Part shown: positions 1 to 5,440 of the stretch, one piece after another
Numbering within the stretch: the first letter of the stretch is position 1
Layout: each line of letters opens with the position of its first letter
Virus record (IMG/VR): IMGVR_UViG_3300044614_001158
Span: 1-25,245 of that record
DNA from: a virus
Taxonomy: Duplodnaviria; Caudoviricetes
Direction: 5' to 3' (one strand)
DNA length: 25,245 bases
Translations under genes and position numbers: made by a program
Notes under the pieces: generated by a model
What the model was told of the DNA's origin: nothing
Database searches by the model: none
The model's input: only the letters and a program-made list of their open reading frames with translations

Positions 1-56
1 GAATCGTCGGTGCCGCGCGAGCCACATTGCCTGGGTGCGGGAGCGGGTGATAGCGC

Positions 57-114
57 AAAAAGGCACGGCGGGCGCCTGCGGCGCCCGCCAGGGCGGCTCA
101 CAGCGAGCCGCCCT
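57..114 (-). terminator. Tandem GC-rich hairpins / probable intrinsic terminator after the 98..1153 gene
   Basis: Stem AGGGCGGCTC/GAGCCGCCCT (90-114) overlaps the stop codon. Stem GGCGGGCGCC/GGCGCCCGCC (67-89) is followed on the minus strand by GTGCC-TTTTT. Confidence 0.6.
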
Positions 115-1153
115 TCTTCTTGCCCTTCACCGTTGCAGGGGCTTCAGCAGCCACCGCAGGGGCGCCAAAGGCAACGCCCGGCGCGTCGGACTCGGCTTCA
201 GGCTGAGGAGTCGCCGCGCCAGCGTCAAACGCCGCCGCGATAGAGTCCTTAAAGCCCTCGCGAGTGATGCGAGTCAGCACCATTTGCGCCATTTGGAAAA
301 ACGCGGAGTCCTGAGAACGGCTCCCGCCATTCGCTTGCAGATATTCCACAAGCGCGAGTGCTTTTGCCGCTTCGCCTTCAACGGTAACAATCTTTTCAAG
401 CTTGCCACCATTGTCCAGAAAAGAGTCGATAACGTCATCACGCAGGAAAGAGTCGCCGTATTGCGCGAATAACCGACTCGCTTCTGCAATTTGTGAGTCG
501 CGATTAGTCGCGCCTTTGTATGTAAGCGCGACGCCATTGATGGTGCGCGATGGGCGCCCGGCATGAGTCGCGCGCTTTCCGTCGATATCAGGATTCCCGC
601 CTTCAACGGCAGGGCAAAGCTTGGCGAGCTTTGTGAATCGGTCAGACTCGGCAATCATGCGCGCCTTTTCGGCGGGGGAAAGCGCCGGATCATTTTTGTA
701 TGAGTCCGCCGCATGTTCCCAATACTTAACGCGACGATTCAGCGCATCAGTGAGAGTCTTCGCCTTATCGCCAAGCCGAATCGTGGTCACATATCCGGCA
801 TGTTTTCCGCCTTTCGCGCTTTTGTCAGTCTGACCAGTGAAAGACGCGACGAACGAACGCGCGGCAGCTTCGGCGGCATCGCGTGCTTGCGCGCCATCAT
901 TATCGTTTACTTTCCCTTGGATTAGGAAAGACGAATATGCGGCGCCGACTCGCGCGAGCCCGGAGAAACGCGCAGAACCAAAGCCAGAAGATTCGCGCTT
1001 GAGTGCTTGCGATTCGCCGCTCAATTCGGCTTGCGATTCAGCGAGTCGCTTTTCTTTGTTGTCATGCGCTTGCGTGGATTCCAGCGCTTCACGCCCAATG
1101 GTGGCAGCGATAGAATTTAAGGCTTCAAGCGCTTGCATGTAATTCGTGTCCAT
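98..1153 (-). CDS. Hypothetical early protein, 351 aa, Ala-rich, with low-complexity and Lys-rich C-terminus
   Basis: Long ORF with AGGAG RBS upstream of the ATG and terminator-like hairpins downstream. No family recognised. Confidence 0.8.
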   Translation of the reverse strand: MDTNYMQALEALNSIAATIGREALESTQAHDNKEKRLAESQAELSGESQALKRESSGFGSARFSGLARVGAAYSSFLIQGKVNDNDGAQARDAAEAAARSFVASFTGQTDKSAKGGKHAGYVTTIRLGDKAKTLTDALNRRVKYWEHAADSYKNDPALSPAEKARMIAESDRFTKLAKLCPAVEGGNPDIDGKRATHAGRPSRTINGVALTYKGATNRDSQIAEASRLFAQYGDSFLRDDVIDSFLDNGGKLEKIVTVEGEAAKALALVEYLQANGGSRSQDSAFFQMAQMVLTRITREGFKDSIAAAFDAGAATPQPEAESDAPGVAFGAPAVAAEAPATVKGKKKGGSL

Positions 1154-1171
1154 GTCGCAATTCTCCTATAT

Positions 1172-1198
1172 GCGATGCGCCTTGTCGCGGCGCATCGC
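1172..1198 (-). promoter_or_regulatory. 5' leader hairpin upstream of the RBS of 98..1153
   Basis: GCGATGCGCC-7 nt loop-GGCGCATCGC, a perfect 10-bp stem. Confidence 0.45.
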
Positions 1199-1259
1199 GA
1201 GGTTTGAACCAACGCGCCGCACCATTGCGACACGCTGAAAATGTTTTCCTATTCAAGAA

Positions 1260-1315
1260 TCAAAGAGCATCAGGGCGAACCCTTCGAATAAGGAATCGCC
1301 AGATTCCGGCTTTGC
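1260..1315 (-). promoter_or_regulatory. Conserved upstream element copy A (27-bp core, N19 hairpin, boxA-like TGCTCTTTGA)
   Basis: Minus strand GCAAAGCCGGAATCTGGCGATTCCTTA-N19-TGCTCTTTGA. Core and spacing are identical to 2173-2228. Confidence 0.7.
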
Positions 1316-1393
1316 TGACTCGCGCGAGTCACGCGCCATTAAAAGCGCAAAGGGGTCGCGCGGTGGGTGTGATAGCGCGTCTTGCGCGCGACC

Positions 1394-1420
1394 AAAGAAA
1401 AAGGGGGCCGAAGCCCCCTT
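1394..1420 (-). terminator. Intrinsic terminator closing the three-gene early array
   Basis: AAGGGGGC-TTCG-GCCCCCTT followed by TTTCTTT, 2 nt after the TGA of 1423..1662. Confidence 0.85.
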
Positions 1421-1422
1421 GA

Positions 1423-1662
1423 TCATGTCACCTTGCACTCTGCCCAGTCGTTGCCGCGGCTAACTCTCCAGCCTACAGCGAAGCGCGATTTAAGTTTCAC
1501 ACCGTTAACGAGGAAGCGTAAGACTTTCGCGTCAACGTCTTCGAGTTGATCAGCGGCCATTCGTGCCGCGCTATTGATGCGCCAGTGCTTTGCACTCGCT
1601 GACTTACCTTCGATGGTGATGGTGATTTTGTAGGTGCGGCAAGCGATAAGTCTCATGTTCAT
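1423..1662 (-). CDS. Small basic hypothetical protein, 79 aa
   Basis: ATG is preceded by GGAGAC within the linker repeat; the gene ends at a terminator. Confidence 0.7.
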   Translation of the reverse strand: MNMRLIACRTYKITITIEGKSASAKHWRINSAARMAADQLEDVDAKVLRFLVNGVKLKSRFAVGWRVSRGNDWAECKVT

Positions 1663-1710
1663 GTCTCCATGTTTCGAGGGAAGGGAGCGGGGCCGAAGCC
1701 CCGCTTGTTA
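1660..1710 (-). repeat. Intergenic linker repeat copy 1 (stop, UUCG hairpin, RBS, start)
   Basis: TAA-CAAGCGGGGCTTCGGCCCCGCTCCCTTCCCTCGAAACATGGAGAC-ATG, near identical to 1924-1973. Confidence 0.9.
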
Positions 1711-1926
1711 GCCAAGCGCAAAAAGGTTGTTCACCACCTCATTTTGAGGGTTGTAGTAATACTCTAGGGGTTCCACGGTAACTTTTTCTGGTGGAATCAC
1801 CCAAAGAAGACGTATTTCTTGCGCGTACGCTTCGGCAATGCTGCGTGTCCTATATGGACCTAGGAATTGCACATCTGTTACCCCTACGCGAGTCAGCGCG
1901 TGTAGGTTGATCATATACATAGTCAT
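1708..1926 (-). CDS. Small hypothetical protein, 72 aa (start moved from 2013 to 1926)
   Basis: ATG follows GGAGAC in linker copy 2 and the TAA begins linker copy 1. Visibly lower GC than the structural genes. Confidence 0.7.
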   Translation of the reverse strand: MTMYMINLHALTRVGVTDVQFLGPYRTRSIAEAYAQEIRLLWVIPPEKVTVEPLEYYYNPQNEVVNNLFALG

Positions 1927-1973
1927 GTCTCCATTGTTCGAGGAAGGGAGCGGGGCCGAAGCCCCGCTTGTTA
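1924..1973 (-). repeat. Intergenic linker repeat copy 2
   Basis: TAA-CAAGCGGGGCTTCGGCCCCGCTCCCTTCCTCGAACAATGGAGAC-ATG. Confidence 0.9.
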
Positions 1974-2159
1974 TCTGTAGATCGCAGCCATCGCCACGCC
2001 GTATCCGTGCCAACCGACCGCGAAGCCTAAGATCACAGTGCCGACGTACAGTGATGCGTTCACCATGCGCTCGACCTTTGGCCGCGCCGCGCGAGTCACA
2101 TAGAACGACCCACCGATGCCACCGACTTGCCAGAAATATATTCCGCCTGTCTTTTTCAT
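1971..2159 (-). CDS. Small membrane protein, 62 aa (MKKTGGIYFWQ...)
   Basis: ATG follows purine-rich AAGGGAATCAGG just downstream of element B. Hydrophobic segment LYVGTVILGFAVGW. Confidence 0.65.
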   Translation of the reverse strand: MKKTGGIYFWQVGGIGGSFYVTRAARPKVERMVNASLYVGTVILGFAVGWHGYGVAMAAIYR

Positions 2160-2172
2160 CCTGATTCCCTTT

Positions 2173-2228
2173 TCAAAGAGCAAGTAGGTTGACCCTACAC
2201 TTAAGGAATCGCCAGATTCCGGCTTTGC
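2173..2228 (-). promoter_or_regulatory. Conserved upstream element copy B
   Basis: 27-bp core 2202-2228 is identical to 1289-1315. N19 contains the hairpin GTAGG-GTCAA-CCTAC, then TGCTCTTTGA. Confidence 0.7.
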
Positions 2229-2325
2229 GCCATCGATTCCGAGAGTCCCACCCCCATCTGGACAACGCCCCCCAGGCCCGGCGTTGTGGCAGGAGGTAAG
2301 CCACACATACCCCCGACACCAAAAA

Positions 2326-2341
2326 TAAAAGTATACTTTTA
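2326..2341. promoter_or_regulatory. Palindromic operator-like site
   Basis: Perfect 16-bp palindrome TAAAAGTATACTTTTA. A degenerate copy AAAAGTGTACTATA lies at 2358-2371. Confidence 0.55.
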
Positions 2342-2344
2342 CCC

Positions 2345-2373
2345 TTGAAACCCCCCAAAAAGTGTACTATATA
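2345..2373 (+). promoter_or_regulatory. Sigma70-type promoter for the rightward regulatory operon
   Basis: TTGAAA-17 bp-TATATA with an AT-rich upstream tract and an AAGGAG RBS downstream. Confidence 0.6.
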
Positions 2374-2408
2374 CCCCTTGTCCACAACACCAAGGAGCCC
2401 CAACGCCA

Positions 2409-2573
2409 ATGCCTGAATACCCGCACATCAACCCCGCAGTACCGACCGTCGTGAAGATCGAACTCGACAACACAACCCTTCCAGATGGTTTATTCGTCCG
2501 TCCTGATGGAACGATTTTGCTGCGCGACTGCACCATTACATGCGCAAAACCGCGCCAATACCGGAAGGATTGA
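2409..2573 (+). CDS. Hypothetical protein, 54 aa (MPEYPHINPAVPTVVKIELD...), absent from the ORF track
   Basis: AAGGAG upstream; first ORF after the promoter; stop lies 2 nt before the next ATG. Confidence 0.55.
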   Translation: MPEYPHINPAVPTVVKIELDNTTLPDGLFVRPDGTILLRDCTITCAKPRQYRKD

Positions 2574-2575
2574 CG

Positions 2576-2830
2576 ATGGCCCGCCGAAAACTCGACGAAA
2601 AGCTTCAACCGCTCACGATCAGGATTACCCCGATGCAGATGCTTCGGTTGGAGCGCGTGACAGCCTATGACGGACTGCCGACGCAAGATCACATTCGCCG
2701 TGCGCTTGACCAATACCTGAACGAATATGAGAAGGCGCACAAACTCGCACCCCTTCACGAAATCAACAGTCTACTGCGCCAAGCAGAGATACTCCATCCG
2801 AAACAAACAGGAGAAGATCATGCCTCGTAA
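2576..2830 (+). CDS. Ribbon-helix-helix (Arc/CopG-like) DNA-binding protein
   Basis: Basic N-terminus, alternating beta strand LTIRIT, helix, G turn, then helix TQDHIRRALDQYL. Confidence 0.7.
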   Translation: MARRKLDEKLQPLTIRITPMQMLRLERVTAYDGLPTQDHIRRALDQYLNEYEKAHKLAPLHEINSLLRQAEILHPKQTGEDHAS

Positions 2831-3299
2831 AACCAACGCAAAAATGAAGCCCGCCACAAGAACAAAGGGAAATTCAGCATACGCAAACAAACTGAAGGCA
2901 AAAACGAAAGCAAGCGAGACGGAATTTCGCTGCGCGCCGACGTTCTACGTCGTTCGTGCGTTCTGCATCCACTTCCTTGCCGAGCAGGGTATGCCGACGG
3001 AAGAAATCGCGCAGCGCCTCGGCGTCAATCGCTCTTTCGTGATCAAGCAGGCTTCGCTCGTCATGAAGCCGCGCACGGCGCAGGAGAAGCGCATTTTCGA
3101 CATGGCGAAAACGATGTCGGAGAGCTTCAGGCTCGCCAACATTGACGGTCTTCTGTTTGGGCGTGATCTGACGACTAAGCTCGTCGGGCGCACAACACCT
3201 GCCGTGGCTAAGCCAGCAAAGACACCCGCACGGAAGAAATTGAAGATGGCGGTGCCGCAGGAGCCGCTTGACGTAAATGTGCTTGACACCGCCGAGTAA
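2820..3299 (+). CDS. HTH-containing basic DNA-binding protein, 159 aa
   Basis: AGGAG RBS; HTH-like EQGMPTEEIAQRLGVNRSFV; Lys-rich ends. Confidence 0.65.
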   Translation: MPRKTNAKMKPATRTKGNSAYANKLKAKTKASETEFRCAPTFYVVRAFCIHFLAEQGMPTEEIAQRLGVNRSFVIKQASLVMKPRTAQEKRIFDMAKTMSESFRLANIDGLLFGRDLTTKLVGRTTPAVAKPAKTPARKKLKMAVPQEPLDVNVLDTAE

Positions 3300-3353
3300 C
3301 CGTGGCATAAACACGCCGGCAGCATTTCTTCTACACTGATCCTTCCCGGCACT

Positions 3354-3383
3354 TCCCCGACGATTGCTCGTCGGGGATTTTTT
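3354..3383 (+). terminator. Intrinsic terminator between convergent operons
   Basis: TCCCCGACGA-TTGC-TCGTCGGGGA-TTTTTT, abutting the terL stop. Confidence 0.85.
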
Positions 3384-4878
3384 ATGTCCACCCTCTAGCG
3401 TCAATACGCATCTGAGGCTCACGCGCCCGTGTCTGACCATCCAAGCGGCGGCGAATATCGCGTTTGAGCATCTGGTGGAACCCACCCTGAACGCACAGAG
3501 CGCCGTATTGCAGGGCGTCGATGAGGTCCGACCAGGGGTGCTTTTTCTCGGGGATGGAGCGGTTCTCGCCGTCCTTGCGCTTGGCGTATAGGTACTTGGT
3601 GTGGAGCGCCTGCACGAGCCTCGGGCAGCGTGTCCCGTCGATATGCAGCATGGGTTTGCCGCCGATATTCTGCGACAGAAGGGACTCCACAGCCTGGATT
3701 CGCAGATCGATGTCGTTCGTGGGCGCTGGGTAGGCGATAAAGCCTTGGGTTTCGAGGTAGGCGAACATATCCAGTTCAGAGATGGAGTTTTTAGCCACAC
3801 CGGACGGGTCGCCAACGAAAATGACCGACTTGCCGATGTATTCCGGCTTGTTGAGGATAGGGCGGATGTTCTGCGTCACATGCAGTTCCAACCCCATATT
3901 CTGTGCTTCGATCTCCTCAAGGACCAGCACTTGGCCGCGGTGGTTCGGCTGAAGGATGACCGCGCATGGGTTACGTCCGAAATCCTGCGCGACGATGATC
4001 GGGAGCGAGTCTGAAGGTTCCAGCGGCGTCTTGGAGACGTGGAACTCGCGGTTGAAGCTCTCGCGAAACACCGCCGTTCCGTCTGGGTCGTCGCCGTACT
4101 GCGCATGCACGTATCGTTTCACCCAGTTGCCCGCGTGCTGCCGCGCCAGTCGCCGGTAGTATTCCCGGCCTTGGTCAAGCCGCTTTGGGTGATTCAGCGC
4201 CAGTTTGAGAGTCTCGTTCGTCTGGGTCAGATAATTGAGGTTCTCGGCGCTTTCGCTCAAGCCGCCCGGCTGGATATGCACGGACCAGTCCTCGGGCTTG
4301 TTCACGTCAAGAAGCTCATGCCAGCGTGAGCCGGCGTTGGGCATATTACTGTCACCGATGATGCCGAACCATGTGGGGCCACCCTGCGCTGCTGATGGGT
4401 AACGGCCAAGGCGCCCGGCGATTGCGGGGATGAGGTCAGGGTCCACTTCGATGAACTCGTTGATCCATGCCCACGTCAACTGAAGGGAGAGAAGGCGCTG
4501 CTGGTTGGCAGGGTCGTCGAGGGGGATCAGGTACCAGTCGCTATGCACGTCGCCCACGCGGATTTGAATGAGGTTCTCCGACGCCTTGAAATAGGCGATG
4601 GAGCCGAGCCACGTCTCCACATCCTTGAGGACTGTCTGCTTCATCTGCGAGAGGGTATTACGCACGATCACCGCGCGTGTGCGTCTGATGCCGTCTGGCC
4701 CAGGCTGCTGCTCGCATGCGCGGCGCAGTGACTCGAACATGCAGCCCGTCGTCTTACCGGAGCCCACCGGGCCGAGGATGAAACGAACGAAAGACTCACT
4801 CTCCATGAAGGAGGAGACAGTTACCGGCGCGTTGTAGCTGATCTCGTTGCCGACGATGCTGGTCTTCTGCTTACTCAT
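3382..4878 (-). CDS. terL: Terminase large subunit
   Basis: Walker A GPVGSGKT, Walker B-like WAWINE, nuclease motifs IVAQDFG and SDLIDALQY. Start at 4878 has GAGG upstream and overlaps the terS stop. Confidence 0.93.
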   Translation of the reverse strand: MSKQKTSIVGNEISYNAPVTVSSFMESESFVRFILGPVGSGKTTGCMFESLRRACEQQPGPDGIRRTRAVIVRNTLSQMKQTVLKDVETWLGSIAYFKASENLIQIRVGDVHSDWYLIPLDDPANQQRLLSLQLTWAWINEFIEVDPDLIPAIAGRLGRYPSAAQGGPTWFGIIGDSNMPNAGSRWHELLDVNKPEDWSVHIQPGGLSESAENLNYLTQTNETLKLALNHPKRLDQGREYYRRLARQHAGNWVKRYVHAQYGDDPDGTAVFRESFNREFHVSKTPLEPSDSLPIIVAQDFGRNPCAVILQPNHRGQVLVLEEIEAQNMGLELHVTQNIRPILNKPEYIGKSVIFVGDPSGVAKNSISELDMFAYLETQGFIAYPAPTNDIDLRIQAVESLLSQNIGGKPMLHIDGTRCPRLVQALHTKYLYAKRKDGENRSIPEKKHPWSDLIDALQYGALCVQGGFHQMLKRDIRRRLDGQTRAREPQMRIDARGWT

Positions 4879-5368
4879 CGTCTGCATCCTCTGCCTTACC
4901 CTCTATAATCGGGGCCTTCTGCACGCTGACGCTGTTCCCGCCGAAATTGATATTGATGGACACACCCCCGCCACTCTCCCCCTCACTGATTCGCGCAGGA
5001 CCGCCGAGTCCGGCGATTGATTGGAGGAGTTTGGCACCGTCGATCCTCACAGCCGGCTGCGTCCGCGAGTCATTGATAAGCGAATGGAGGTTGGGCAGGG
5101 TCATTTCGAGGCTGACGAGGGATTTCAACTGGACTCGCCGCCTTGTTGAGTCCGCAGCGTTCCATTCTTTGGCTGATTCCGCGAGTAAACGCCTGAAATC
5201 GGCGCTTTTTTGGAGGAAAAGCCACTTCGGGTCGCCTGCTCCTGTGAAGCCGTAATCCTTCAAAATGTCGTCTGGAGAGCGTATATCTTGGGCCAATTCA
5301 CGCGCCATAGACGCAAAACTGGGGTCAAGGATAGTCGGTACTTGTGAATCCGCATCCGTCTGTGCCAT
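4871..5368 (-). CDS. terS: Probable terminase small subunit, 165 aa
   Basis: Coupled directly upstream of terL; helical body with C-terminal beta strand VSININF; AGGAG RBS. Confidence 0.7.
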   Translation of the reverse strand: MAQTDADSQVPTILDPSFASMARELAQDIRSPDDILKDYGFTGAGDPKWLFLQKSADFRRLLAESAKEWNAADSTRRRVQLKSLVSLEMTLPNLHSLINDSRTQPAVRIDGAKLLQSIAGLGGPARISEGESGGGVSININFGGNSVSVQKAPIIEGKAEDADDE

Positions 5369-5440
5369 TATATCACTCCTGCCAGGGGGTCTAGCCGCGC
5401 CCTTAACTTGGCGGCTTTCTTATATGAAGGCAACAACGCG

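Noticed and set aside
1253-1438. 61-aa ORF sharing AKPESGDSL with the upstream extension of 1971..2306
   Set aside because: The shared peptide is simply the translated DNA repeat, and the ORF crosses a terminator.
1660-1973. Linker repeats as CRISPR repeats or integron attC sites
   Set aside because: Only two copies, separated by a coding gene of about 210 bp, and no cas genes. They begin TAAC but lack a good RYYYAAC, a closing GTTRRRY and a nearby integrase.
2874-3815. 313-aa minus-strand ORF
   Set aside because: Overlaps terL out of frame, the terminator and the HTH gene antisense; the composition is not protein-like.
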